Source of the DNA: Paraspadella gotoi
Lineage: Eukaryota; Animalia; Chaetognatha
NCBI GenBank assembly: GCA_051294375.1
Contig: CM119266.1
Coordinates: forward strand, 19,665,657 to 19,729,656
Direction: 5' to 3'
Length of the DNA: 64,000 nucleotides
Under the pieces are notes generated by a model that searched no databases, was not told where the DNA came from, and saw only the letters and a list, made by a program, of their open reading frames with translations. Below, piece after piece: positions 39,901-54,900 of this stretch. The position numbers were made by a program, and so were the translations under genes. How positions within the stretch are numbered: the first letter of the stretch is position 1; the number at the start of each line of letters is the position of its first letter.

Positions 39901-42900
39901 TATCCAGTCCTGTGATCAGATAGTAAACGCGGCTTATTTTTAGTTACACTTAATTAATTTACTTTATTATTTACAGAAAAGAGATAAATCATAAAATTCG
40001 TGCATATGTTCTAACATTGAGTATGTAGTAACGTGATAATCCTGAGATCCAATGTATCAATGACTTGGAAGCATCGCTCTCATCTTACCAGTTCTTGTTT
40101 TAAACAGGTCCCCTTTATTGATAAAAACGGCCGATTTGATACAACTATGGATTCAGCCTTTTGCCAATGGATACCCACCCTTTCAAAATTTTTCCCGCCT
40201 CTACTCGTTGTCCTCCGAAATGATTGACTTGCTTTTCGATCCGAAATGGGGCCAAAGTGATTTCTACCTCAGCCTCTTCGGAACAGGGTTCGACGCCATT
40301 GTCGAATTCTTTAACGTTAGGAGTGGACCTAACGTTGAACCATGGATCATCGAGGCAGCACAAATTTCTAGTAAACACTAAGTAGAGCAACAAAAATAGT
40401 TTTAAAAGTAAAAATTATAATATTTTATAAAGATATTTAACGAAGTTTATATTTTTTCAATATTTTTAAAGATGTTTTTATCATCATACATATAAGCTAG
40501 CATTTTATCCCAGAGTTTTATAACAATAGATATACATAAAACTAGTCTATTGCATAGCATCTAGTGATCGATTTTCGGCCATAATATTTTTTATGTCGTT
40601 ACATATCAGTCTGCCTTAGTCTGTTATTCATAACAGATTACTTAATAAATCGGTAAATCAATCGATAGATTTTCAAATGATAATAAATCGACAAAACAAT
40701 CAATCAAATAATCAATCCATCGCAAAAGTAATATAATATGCATACCCTGGCATAATAGTCACTATTAGTCAGTCATAATAACATTGCGAACTTTCTTTCT
40801 CTTCCTTATGTTAAACTAAGATTAGCATCGAGTCAGCCACGACATGAATGATAATAACGCCATAAATGAAAAGCATAAATTGATCAAAAATACTTAGACT
40901 ATCCTAAGAAAAGAAAACAAAAAAGAAATTAGAAAGAAAGAAAGAAAGAAAAGATAGAAGAAAAGAAAGAAAAAAAGGATTACAAAAAAAAGGAGGCAAG
41001 TTTAAGTTCAAACAGAAACTTTATTAAAATATAAATAAAAAGTAAGTTGTATTTGTAATATTTATCAAAACTTATCATCTGATTAGTTGATTACTTCTAA
41101 ATTATTGTAAGCAGATCCCACATTGTTTGCTCAAACTTATTTATAGATGCTGCAAAAGAAGTGTCGATGACCTTTCTCCACGCTGGATTAGATTTTGATA
41201 AAGATAATGTATCATCGGGGTTGTCACATCTCATTCAAGGGATTAAAATTATGCAACAGCATTTTGGCAATTTTAGTCTTCCAATGGAGTTGGAGATTCC
41301 TGACTTTTTAAGGTTAATGTTGGAGGAATTCCTTAACGATCCACTAGGAAAGTAAGTTAATTGTTAAAAATTTGGTACTAAACTAACTACTTATAATACT
41401 AATTTTTAACCATCAAACTTTTTCTTCATCTAGATTTACGGGAACAGCTGAAAAAATTGACTCAATCGTGAACAACATGAGTGATCCTGAAATAAAGAAT
41501 ATACTTTTTAAATATCAGCTTGTACTAAAGAAGGTTTGTATAATGTTTCAAGAGTACAATGCCACCGGAAAATTGGAATACTTCGATTCATTAAACTACC
41601 CTCATTTAAACAAATTTTCCAAGTTTCTTATTTCCCGCCCGGAGATATGGTCAGAATTGATGCATGCTCTTGTCCAAGTAGACGTTCAAAGATTTTTGGT
41701 TGATTATAGCGTTCTTGAAGCACCCTACGTTCTGTGTAATAACACGATCTACAAATATTTAAATATTTCCTATAATGCTTCTATGACTATGAGCGAAATC
41801 TGTAGTATAAATTTTGAAGAGCTTCAGAATGAATTAGCCATATGGTGGAACCAAGAATTGCCTTCGTGCTATAATGAAAGCTGTTTTAGTCTCTATAATA
41901 TCTCTACCTCCTTAGAGTGCATTTATCTATCTGTGGCTCTGATGGATATTCAATATGACTGGTAAATAAATATATATTGATTTGTGTATTTGATCTCTGA
42001 TTTTTTTATTGATTTGATTTGATTCGATTTGATCTCTGATAATTTAACTCTGTTTACAGGCCGCTGCTCATATCTAAAACAGAAGTGCTACTGGAAATAT
42101 ATATCAGCCAACTGATACAAAACATACCGTTTAACAATGTTTCGTCTCTTTACATTTATGCTTCTCAACTCACAGAGATGGTGTTAAATGTTAGTGACAA
42201 GGATTTCATGGCAATTTTGCAAGCTCTATCTTTTACGGGTGTGGATCTTTATAGAAATCAAACAGGTATATGATTAGTATAAAGTTTTATATGCATATTG
42301 CATAACCTGTTTACTAAAGTAGAATTATAAAATGTTCATCATCCGAATTGTTATCAAAAATAGTATTAGATCAATACCTACGTACTAGTAGTAGATAAAT
42401 TTAGATTAATAACTTATCAGTCATCATCTAGGATTTAAGTCAAATTAACCTTTTTTAGGTATTATTGATGGTATCTTCCATTCATTGGGCGCAACATTGG
42501 GATTAGACAAAATCCCTCAAGAAATTTTATTAATCGTGCAAAATTATGTTACAACTACATGGTTAAATATTGTTTATGAAGTAATTAATATGGAATGGAA
42601 CAGTATTCAATATTTGGAATTAATTGAAACATTGTAAGTATAATCGCATCTAAGATATAAATTTTTTTTGATTAACTATAAAATTGGTACACCCATATAA
42701 AAATTATCCATTCATTTAAAAATAAGTATGTAATTAAAATGGCATAAAAACTAAGGTGAAGAAAAGTCAAATGGATAACTTTTTTAGAAATTAAATTTTG
42801 TATATCAACATTAAAAAAAACTATAAAAATCTTTTGGTAACTTTAATTTTAAATTTTATCTATTATTAACCCAAGTAAACTATATGAAATTGGTACAACC

Positions 42901-45900
42901 AATATAAAAAGATTATCCATTTATTTAATAAAAAAGCTATATATTATTAAATAGCTATTGTTAAATAATAAGCTAAATTTTCAAAATAAAAATTTTTACA
43001 ATTTTAAAATAGGATTAGAAATCTGAACAAACTATAAGTATAAACTAAGATGTATGTTTTTATAATCGCATTTGAAGAGACAGTAATAATTGTTCTATGT
43101 TAATGACAGAACCGTTCAATATAAGCAGTCCCTGAGCTTCGGATCAGGCTGTAACACCATGTTACAGGCGGGTTAAGCGCCCCGTCCCTCTTAACTGCTA
43201 GGCGGCCACCGGGCTAGAACCCCGGTCCTTTGGGTTGGGAGGCGAATGACTTGCCTCCGGCACCAATGGCAACTGATGAACGGTTGGTGGATTTTAGTCC
43301 ACCATACATCCCCCCCTCCTGTAGGGAGAAGTCTGTTGCGTCTCTTCAGTGAATTGTTGTTGTTGGTGGAAAAAGTGTCACCAAGTTGAGGCATGTCGCC
43401 TGTTGTGTTGTTGGCGGAAAGTGCATTGCCAGGTTGAGGCATGTCGCCTGAAAGTGTTGTTGTTGCTGTTGTGTTCGGAAGTCGGGCTCACCAATGAAGA
43501 GACAGTAATAATTGTTCTATGTTAATGACAGAACCGTTCAATATAAGCAGTCCCTGAGCTTCGGATCAGGCTGTAACACCATGTTACAGGCGGGTTAAGC
43601 GCCCCGTCCCTCTTAACTGCTAGCGGCCACCGGGCTAGAACCCCGGTCCTTTGGGTTGGGAGGCGATTGACTTGCTCCGGCACCAATGGCCACTGATGAA
43701 CGGTTGGTGGATTTTAGTCCACCATAGCATTTAATTTTGGGACATGTTATCGCTTTTTAAGGTAATCACGTGACTTCACAAGTGAGATACATTGGCAAGT
43801 TAAAGTTCTTCCGGTATCTGACTATCGTACCAAATATGAATTTAATTGATGATTATTACCCAAGTATTAAGCATTTTTAACATTAGGGGGATAGATAAAC
43901 GGACAGAGAGACTTAACAACCAACCAAAAAGTAACTGAGTTGCTTCGTGAGTACTCGCGGTACAATTAAAAATGTTGTCATTAAAAAAATTAGAATAATA
44001 AACAAAGTTTTTTATTTTTTTGACTAATTTAATTTTTAAAAATATTTAATTGGGTTATACTCTACATGGGTGACTGATGATATTTGCAGTGAATTAAACT
44101 TACACTACAAAATAAGAAAATAAAGGCAGAGATATTTCAGATAAGTTATAGTATTCCCTGAAGTGGCACGTGTAGCACTAGCAGGTTAAATTTCAAAAAC
44201 AATTTTTTTTAACCATTTTTAAAATTTTTACACAGGATAAAAGAGAACATGGATTTCATTCAAATATTTGATTACTTGTTTGATAATTCAACTGATGAAT
44301 CTCTTTATTACATTCAAGGCATTACTTTGGGGCTCTGTAAAAAATTGGATGTCTTGGCCGAAATTCAGAGTATAGATAATCTTTTTACTTCTGATACAAT
44401 CAATGAATTTATTGTACTTATTAAGAACCTTCCTGACCTGATAAATATTTTATTTAATATCACTTCTCAGATTGAAGAAGAAAACTATCAGCAAATTATG
44501 CTCAATTTTTCAATGAACATATGTTCAGATAAAATTAAAGCCTCAATACCGTATAACAAACAATCTTCATTACAAATTATTTGTAACACCAACTGGAGCT
44601 TACTTTGGAACGATATCTTGAATGAAGTGTCAGTTATTGAAAAAGTTTCAAAATTTAATCTTCGTGATACTATGATGGGTATATTATGTATTTATAACAC
44701 ATCTAAAATCATCGATTGGCCGATTGTTTTGAATTGGAGTATACATTTTCAAAATCACACTTTTTTAGAACTTCAAAACTTGTAAGTACCAAGAACCTTA
44801 TATTAATTAGATAAACCTAACGATGCTGCATAAACATTACAAATACTTTTTATTCTATATTACAGTTTTGCAACTTTAAGTCAAGGATTTAATCTTTTGG
44901 AAATTTATGTTATTCCAAGTGAAAACGACCATAATGTATTAAACTATTTTCAATGGATATATGAATTGGGTCAACATGCAATTAATATGATATATAATGA
45001 GAATTCCTCGGACGAATTAATTAAAGAGTTTCAAGCAACCTTTGGGAAGTTGTTTCCAACATTGGGATTAGAGGAAAATATTTATATTCCAAATACCTTC
45101 CAATTAATAACAGGTAATTGCTGATTATAAAAAGAAAGTTCAATTCTTCATAAAGGAAATAAAATTGATAAATGAAAATATAAAATTTAGTAAATTTATT
45201 GACGCCATATGGTTTTTTAAGATAAAATTTTTATTACAATAGAAGAAGGCTTTTTCTTTTATGGGTGTTTTAATTTTGCGAAATTTTTTTTTTTTCACTA
45301 CGTATCGTAGGCATGTGACTAACTGTATTCTGTCCTCAATCCGTTCAAGAATTTAATTTTCAGAAATCGTTTATATTTTCAAATTGATTGGAGGGAGAGA
45401 TAAAGAGCGAGAGACGGATAAAAAGAGAGGGAGGGAGAGAGAGGGAGAGAGAGAGAGAAGGGGGACAGTTGAAGTAAGAGCTTGAAGGAGTAATGAAAGG
45501 TCGGAATTTTAATATTAACATTATCATTATACAATATACAACATTAAAAAATATTGAAACTTTTTTTTCTGTTTTTTGAGAGGCTATTGTCGTGGTGATG
45601 ATTGTTTCTGTTGTGATTTTTGTTGTGATTGTTTAAAGGAGGCAAGGATCAAACTTGTCAGCGATACTGTAGTGCATTTCTATATTCCTTTATTTTACTA
45701 AATTGGCCACTGTCAGTGTCAATTACATTCATTTCGGCTACTAAGCCTTTCTTTAAATAATTTTTATTTCAGAAACGGCAATGCATATACTTCAAGAAAG
45801 CATTGGACTTTTGTATCATTTTGTTGAACTATATAACTGTATAGGTATAGAAATAATTAATGTTACAACAACAGGTATGATAAAAAAATTCCTAATACAT

Positions 45901-48900
45901 TAATACAAAGATCAAATTTTTATTTTGAGTTTTATTGTTGCAGGAGTGACTTACGAATCAACAGTGGCAATAACCTCCCGTAAGTACATAGTTCAAATGA
46001 AAAAAATAATACTTAACTGAAACAACATACCTTTTTTAGCTACTACTTTCATGGAAATCGAAAACACAACAGGTATTTTTTTCATCAATATTTTAATAAT
46101 TGATTTATCTATTTTAGAAAATAAAAGGTGAAAGGTAGCACTGCTAGAATATGACATTAGAATGCAAGCTTGAATTGGAAAAAGGGGATTAAGAGTGGGG
46201 AGTGAGATTAATCATTTTTTTCGTACAGTATGATTTTTTTTTGGTTTGTAACATTTCGTGAAAGCATATCAATACAACTGTAAACTCAAGAGAGTTTAAT
46301 GATAGTCGGTTTTGAAGGTCACGATTTGGCATTTCCTATGAGTTATAGTTATTTCCTATAGCATATTTGCAATGTGTCTTCTTAATTTAGTGACTGATTA
46401 TTAAGAGGGTGTCAAATTTGAATCTTTATCGATTCGATTTTCCATTTTCTTCCTGATGATTAAAAAGTAAAAAAATGAGGTAATGAACATGTAGAAGTTT
46501 TACTCCTTTTTCAAATGAAATAAAATTTTGTCATTTTGAATTTTAAAAAACACCTGACAGCCAAAATATTTTAATCGAGATTATTAAAAAAGTAGTTAGG
46601 AATTAGTCATATTATTATTCAATGCATTATAATAAAACTTGTATCAAGTTACAAACCACCCAAGCATTAAACAAATATAATAGAGCAGACAAAGTGCTAC
46701 ATTTTACATACTATACTTTTTACAATTAACTAAGTTTTAATTGATTGGAAAGTCGTGAAACATGAAAAGGTAAAGAAATCATGGTTGATCGACAAATTCA
46801 AAGACTTCATTGGGGCCAAGAAGTTCACAACAAAGACATATTAGAATTATATTCATAAATTCCAGAAACGAGCTACAAAATGAGCCACAATCTAAGACTC
46901 TCGGGTGATGGGATTCTGAGATATCTTCACTGGAAATGTTACAAACGAGAAAAATCATACTATAAAACAATTTGATAGAAAATAAGATTAAAAAAATTAA
47001 TTCTTACTCACTACTCAGTTGGTGCTTATACTACACTTTTCTCAGGTTATTATCTACCAACAAGGACAGAAACAATTTCTGCAGAAGCAACTAATTTTTT
47101 CATGCAAACTATAGATATTACAGACATAAGTAAATCCATGGATCATCTTTTCAACGTCACAGAAATTACACAAATTCTCAGAAATACTACTTCCACAACG
47201 CCGGAAAAATCAGTGCCAAATTCAACAAACATAATAAAACATACCACATATATAGACAACACTCCATCACAGACTTTTTCAAAGTTACTATTCACAACAA
47301 AATCAGCTGGAGAAGAATATACTAACGAATATTTTTCCTTATATTCTAATATCAAAGAAACATTCCAACATTCTTTAAAAACTCAAAAAACAGAAATAAT
47401 ACCTTCAACCACTTCATTTAGTCAGGATTTTAGTTTACCCATATCAGGTTCACAAGTTCGCACAAATTTCACCCAAATATTAACTGTTTCTGATTTAGGA
47501 AACCAAACAACCACATCAACTGACACAATCAAATATATTCCCTCCAGTTCAGTTTTAAATACTAATGCATCATTTACTATTCATCACCATTTCTCAAAAT
47601 CTGAAAATACAAAATTTTTCACTTTAACTCCATCTTTAGCATAAGCGAAATTTACTGTCTCCACAACAATACATGATATATCAAAAATGACCGAGAAAGG
47701 TACTTTAATTTCTACAAGCTCTGTTTTATCCAATTCGAAAAACATAGTATTTCAAATTTATCATATACAGAATCAGTATCAGAAAAACTATTAGTAACAT
47801 ATCACTGGAACAGCTACCAATACAGCCAAATATCTTTCTAGTATTTTTTTGTTACCTAAACAATCACTTAAATCTGAAGGAAGTGGAAATTCAACACTAT
47901 CTTCTTTTGATACAAAAATAGAAACCCTAAAAACTATACTTTATTCTACACCATATAAAACAACTGAGCACCAACTTAAAACTATATCACCAGATTCAAC
48001 CTCAATTTTTTTTACTTATTCTGAAGACCCAATTAGTAGTACATTACATTCTGCTTTTATTCCAGCTTTAACAATCAAAACTTTAAAAACCGACTTGACT
48101 GAAATAAAATACACATCTTTAACAGAAAAAACAAAAACTTTAACATCCATTGAAAAAACATCTGAAGCGTCTAGACATTCAACTAATTCATTGATGTCAG
48201 AAAACAACAAAATTTTAGTGACTCAAACTAACATGTTACTAGTTACTTCAAAAATATATTATTCAGCAACAGCATCATCTGAATTGTTCTTCTCAAGCTC
48301 TGAATCTGAAAATACAAAATCTGAAAATACAAAATTTTTCACTTTAACTCCATCTTTTAGCACAAGCAAAATTTTACCTGTCTCCACAACAATACATGAT
48401 ATATCAAAAATGACCAAGAAAGGTACTTTAATTTCTACAAGCCCTGTTTTATCCAATTTGCAAAAACATAGTATTTCAAATTTATCATATACAGAATCAG
48501 TATCAGAAAAACTATTAGTAACATTCACTGGAACAGCTACCAATACAGCCAAATATCTTTCTAGTATTTTTTTGTTACCTACAAAATCAACTTTAAAATC
48601 TGAAGGAAGTGGAAATTTAATACTATCTTCTTTTGAAACAAAAATAGAAACCCTAAAAACTATACTTTATTCTACACCAAATGAAACAACTGAGCACCAA
48701 CTTAAAACTATATCACCAGATTCAACCTCATTTTTTTTTACTCATTCTGAAGACCCAATTAGTAGTACATTACATTCTGCTTTTATTCCTGCTTTAACAA
48801 TCAAAACTTTCAAAACCGACTTGACTAAAATAAAATACACATCTTTAACAGAAAAAACAAAAACTTTAACATCCATTGAAAAAACATCTGAAGCGTCTAA

Positions 48901-51900
48901 CATTTCAACTAATTCATTGATGTCAGAAAACAACAATATTTTAGTTACTCAAACTGACATGTTACTAGTTCCTTCGAAAATATATTATTCAACAACAGCA
49001 TCATCTGAATTATTCTTCTCAAGCTCCATAACACAATTGATAGGCTCATCATCCACATTACCATTATCAAAATCATCCACTAATATTTTACCAGAAACTA
49101 CTAATTTTAAACTATTAACCTCAAGTAAGTAAAATGCGATTTAAAATTAATTCTGTTTGCCTTATTCGCCAAATATCGCATTTCAAATTTAACTAGTAGT
49201 TTCATAGATCACCTTTTTGTTTGTCTTCCTATCTTTGTCACCCTTAAATAATAAAGTAACTGAGTGTTGACAATGAATTTATTATCCGATAAAAAAAATA
49301 ATAACTGTACAATAGAATGGACAAAATTGTATTTGGAACGTCAAGCAATGATTAATATAGTAAGTAAGTAAAAATTATAAGTAAAAATATTTGGTTCATA
49401 TTATTTAAGGGAACCAAATCAGAAATTACAATATGTCTATAGTTATATTCTTATAAAATAACAAAATTTTAAGCTTTTTCATTTTAATTTTCATCATAGA
49501 TGCAGATTCCACATAAAAAGTAAATCAAAATATTAAACAAAAAACATGTTATTAAAAAATGTGATTCCTTCAGCGTCAAAAGTGAAAAAAGGTTTTTTTC
49601 AAAATTTTTTCACTGTTTGTATTAGAAACTTCGGCTTGAGCAGACCCGACTTTCTAGAGGTGGGACCCTATATGGAGACAAAACTTAACGTCCTGCCCTG
49701 TCTGAACCATTTGAGATACAATAATAAAATGAGTGGCAAAAGTTTTTTCTGGCTTTTCACTTTTATATACAATGAAACAAAATAAATTTTTAAGCAACTA
49801 GAAAATGTCGTGGATGTTTTCAAAATATTTAGTCGTTTTTATGCGAGCGCATTGTAATGCATACAATAAAAGCCATTCTTGTTAATATTTTTCAGTGGTC
49901 GTTCTTGAATCAATTCATCTGATTTTAAGCTTTTCATCTCTATCAAAATTAAATCTATTAAATTTTTTTTCAGGTAAGTAAAACAAAATTTTTGGAAGAT
50001 TTTAACAAATATGCTTAAATTGTCATATACATTATGAATTTCTTACCTTTTTGACACTTTTATTATGCATTCAGAAATATTACATGATTAATTTAATTAT
50101 CTGACAATATCGTTGATAATTTTTTGGATAAAAGTAAGTTTTAATAAAAAGCAAACCATAACAGTAACTTACCCGAACCTTACCGGCTTACTTCAAAATT
50201 TTTTTAACCAAAATGCGATGTACATCTTGCCAGAAGCATTATTATACTACCATAAGTACTTACAAAAATAAACTGTTATGTCTTAGAATGAGATTTAACA
50301 ATATATTCAAAATTTTTTTTTCAAAATAAAAGCAATATATATCAAAGAATTTCAAAACAATTAATATATCGTGTAAAAGCTAAAAGACAGTATTATACTA
50401 ATATTTAATTTTTTAAAAATCATTAAGAGTTTCAGAGTAGTGATTTTTAAAATTTTGTCTCGATATATGGTCCCACCAGCAGATGGATGGATCAAGTTGA
50501 ACTCTGTGTGTAGTTAGAAAAATGAGATTGAGCTGGAAGTTTCATAAGAATCATAACCACCACAACAACCTAAATTCCAAAATGTATTATTCCGCGTTTC
50601 ATGTACATATTTAGAATATTACAATTTTTTTCCATTAATAATATCATGCACTTTTGTATCAAAGAATTTATACCTGACGTTCCCTCACATCAAAATATTT
50701 TGTATGTATAATGTTACTTTTATTTTTTTTAGGCACTGCTTACCCTACTTCCGAGACAACTGGAACAGAGTCTGAAGCCTCTACTGTTTCTGAGTCATTA
50801 ACTTCGCCATCAACTGATACATTTACCACAACATCGGAGTCATTAACAGAAACTCCAGCGACAGTAACTGACGCTTCATCATCAGCAGAATATTCCACTG
50901 GAATTCTGATAGCAGAAACTACGCATCCAATGGCAACCGAGACTGTATCTACAGAAGAGCCGTTAACGAAAACTACAATCACGGACTATTCCTCAACATC
51001 AGAATCAGGAACGCCAGCGACAGTAACTGACACTTCATCATCGGCAGAATATTCCACCGGAACTCTGATATCAAAAACAAAAGACCCATCATTCACGGGC
51101 TCTTCCTTAACACCAGAGTCAACTACAGCAGCCTATGTAACTGACGCGTCAACAGCAGAGACGTCAGCTGAAAGTTCAACGACCGACCCTTCAACAATAG
51201 GAATTACTGGGGTATTAGCGGGTTTTACGCCGACATTTGTCGCTTTCGACGAAGCTGCCGAGATTCGCGTGTTAGGAATGGGGATGGGAAACATCCCGAA
51301 CATCACTTCCAACTGTTCCTTCATTGACGAAACCGGAACGGTCTTAAATTCGATTCTGAGTAAGACAAAACTCAATAGCTTTCTTCATTTTTTAATCTTT
51401 TACTCCTATTATGTCGATTTTATTTCCACGTTTGATACATAAAATTTTTTAACCACTTTTATTTTGTATTTAGGTAATATGGAAAACAGATCTGGGAATG
51501 TTATAGAATTTCACTTTACCTACCAGCCAAATTCGTTGATTCCTGGTAATCTTCCAAAAAAAAAGATAAAATAACTGGGACTAACAGTAGTTAACAGTGC
51601 GTTTTGGCTTTTTTTGAACATAGGCAAGTACAATATCTCTTGCGAAATTACTGGAACGAATTTTCAAGAGGTTTTATACCCAAAGCTACAAAACTTGTTT
51701 GAAGTATATGGCCTAATGAACGCAACATCCACGGAACCAGCAGTGATAAACATGGCCCGAGCAGAAGAAGCCACTATTCGCCAGGTCCCACAATAACAAT
51801 GACAATTATTTTAAATTTTAAATCTTTCTTAATTTCAGCTTCTAATTCTATTTTCAGAATCTCGTTGTCACGGGAACAAACTTCTACGAAGCATCGGGCA

Positions 51901-54900
51901 TCTCATGTGCCTTGGTTTGCCTTCCAAATCAAAACAAACAGTTTTTTTGTATATCAAATAACGGTAAATTTGATGCTGTAGATTGTTGAGCAATTGAAAC
52001 GGCTGCCAAAAGCCATAAATCAAAATGATGTAATACTTGTTAAAATATAGATCTAAAACGCGAAATTGTTTTGTAAAACTTAAGTTCCGAATTTACTAGA
52101 AACCGCGTTTTCCGACACTTGCGCAAGTCTTTTTACCATTTAATTTCTATCATAGCAATTTATTCCTTATCCTGACTTTCCCCTCTTAATCCTACAGATG
52201 TATTGTACTTTCCCGCCCTGTACATCAACGCAACCACCGTCCTTTGCGACATTACGATGAAGCTTCGTCCCCCTGTCAAGTTATCCGTATTTGTGACAGC
52301 AAATTCTCGTCCTCTGAAAGAATATCTCGACAGGCTGCAGTCAGGAGGAGTTGGCTCATTGCTTTTCGTTGCCCCGCCACCAAAAATTGAGGAGTGCCGA
52401 TTTACGAGTTCCATGCTATGGGTAAAAATTTTCACTCGATTATGAAAATTTCAAAATTACTTGTTTCACTATCTTTATTTTTTTATATTTAAAAATAATT
52501 ATTTGATTTTATTTATTTGTTATGACATTTTTTGTGTTAAATATTAAAATATAATATTAATTAATATTAATATTTATTATTATTTATCTATGTTTGAGAT
52601 GGGGACGTTAGTGTTGTCTTCTGGAAATAGAGGGTGCATCTACAATGTACTAGATTCTACACAACTAAAGGTTTTCTAATAGATATCGTACATCATTCCT
52701 GTTGGAAAATCATTAATGAGAAATTCATAATATCTAAAAGGCCGAACAAAAAGAGGGAATGGATAATTTTCGGGGGTATTAATGTTGTATAGTAGGATTG
52801 TTTTTATCATAAAGATAAGACTATCTTGTAGAATCGTATGTTCTGATGGGGATACATACTATGGAAAGCTTTATTTAATTTATGTAATTTTAAAGTATAT
52901 GTTAAATTTTTTTTAATTCTTTAATGTTTTTTATGTTTCTTTATATATATATAGGTTTCTATATCATTTTTTAAGGAAAGTACAAAGGTCATCAGTTGGG
53001 AACCTATACCCTTTATGGATTTCGGCTCTTTTATCCCAATATTATATATTTTTAAACGTTTAAGAATTCTATTTTTTTTCCTATTTTCCTCGAAAAACAG
53101 ATCATTTGCAAATTCGATGGGAATGTGATTGGCTCCGAGAATTGTACCCTTCTCTTCCAAAACGACGAAATCTTAGGAACAAAATGTAAATTTTTTACTT
53201 TCGATATTTCTAATTTTTCTCGATCTGAAAAATCTTCATAATTTAACTTCATGATTCACTAGTTGTGAATATATAATGTATGGTAATTTTTACGTTTCTG
53301 CAGCAACATGCCAATTTCGTGGGTCCTTTCTGGAGATAAAACCATCTTCTGATGCAACAATCTCAGTCAACGATGCTCTCCAACTAATCGACAATCAGAT
53401 CGGACACTATGTGAAAGATACTACCATTGAAGGACTCACATTCGCCACCGGAAACGCCACTGTTCTTGCGCCGGACAAGTTCTTAGATCCATCTGCAGAT
53501 GTTGCTATTCTTCCAGGTATATCTTTCACAAAAAGTTATAACATCGAGTGCAGTTGAGAAAACAATAATACAAGTTACTGTGCGTGTTGGAGGCGGGGTA
53601 TAACGTAGTACTACGCATTACGCATTCGTCTCCAAAATGCGGAGATTCAAAACTCGCAATGGCTTGGCGGGCTGTAGCACCATTGAGAAAGCGACACTGT
53701 ACTGGCACAACAGCGCTTGTATTAGGTCCTCTAGTTGCCTCTACAAGATCAGTTTTTTAATTCATATTTTTATGTAAAAGCGCCAAAATTTTTTTTTTTT
53801 TTAAATTCCAGCACGAGAAGTCGGTGCTTGCAACCTAGTCTCGCTCAAGAGTTCCGTTTTTCCCGTCAATCGTTTTGTCAATCTCAATTGGAACGTCGAA
53901 GTCATAGAAATGGGAGGTGTCGCCTTCGCTTCCCAAGCTGAGGTCCCCCAGGAGGCCAACAACGCCCTCAAGACTATTAAGTAAGGATTCGTTCATTTAG
54001 GGTTGATCATTGTCGTTGGCTGGTTAATACTGGTTAATGGTTATACTCATTAGAACAATTCGCCTACTTTTTTTCTGTATGAAAACTTATTTTGATTATT
54101 GAACTGCACGAATTAAAGCAGACCCTTCGCATTGTTTTTATCAACATCTTTCTACATTCAATTACAATCAATCAATTTCTGAACTATACCGATATAATAA
54201 ACTGATCTCTTGTTTTTAAGTATAAGCAATTTCTTTTTAAATATAATATGAAATATCAATTGAAATGTTATTTGTTAAGGACGGGGGAATAGTAATAGGA
54301 ATTAGTAAATTTCTAAAATCTTCATTTTTTTTTTTAACTACAGAGAAGAACTCAGTGCTGCTAACGGCTCTGTAATCGACGCCGTGAATTATGTAGAATT
54401 TTCTAACGTTCCCGCGAATTACACCTACAAGTTTATACTAACTGTAACATTCCTAGGTAAACCCTGTAATAAGTCAAATCAAACAAATAAGAAAGTATGG
54501 AAGTTAGAAAAAATGAAAGAAGGAAATATATAGTAATTTAAAAAATAAGTAAAGAAAGAAAGAAAGAAAGAAAGAACGCAAAAAGGAGAGAAAGAGAGAG
54601 AGAAAGAAAGAAAGAAAGAGAGTAAGAGAGAAAGAAAGCGAAAAGGAAAGAAAGAAAGAAAGAAAGAAGCAAGAAAGAAAGAAAGAAAGAAAGAGAGAAG
54701 GAAGGAAAGAGAGAAAGAAAGAAATAAAGAGAGAAAGAAGGAAAGAAAGAAAGCGAGAAGGAAAGAAAGAATAAAAATTAAAGAAAGAAAAAATAAAAGA
54801 AAGTCAATATCGTTGGGCTGGTAATTAGTTTTATTTGCAGGCAAATCTACTACATTCGATACGACGGTTAAGAAATTGGCGAAAGACAAATCGTTGACAG

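Noticed and set aside
47143-51375. Antisense ORFs over the mucin exons
   Set aside because: Shadow frames of S/T-rich coding sequence.
53575-53725. GC-richer patch as an extra receptor exon
   Set aside because: The phase-compatible frame hits TAA, and flanking exons 53304-53516 and 53812-53980 join in phase to give a sensible REJ motif.
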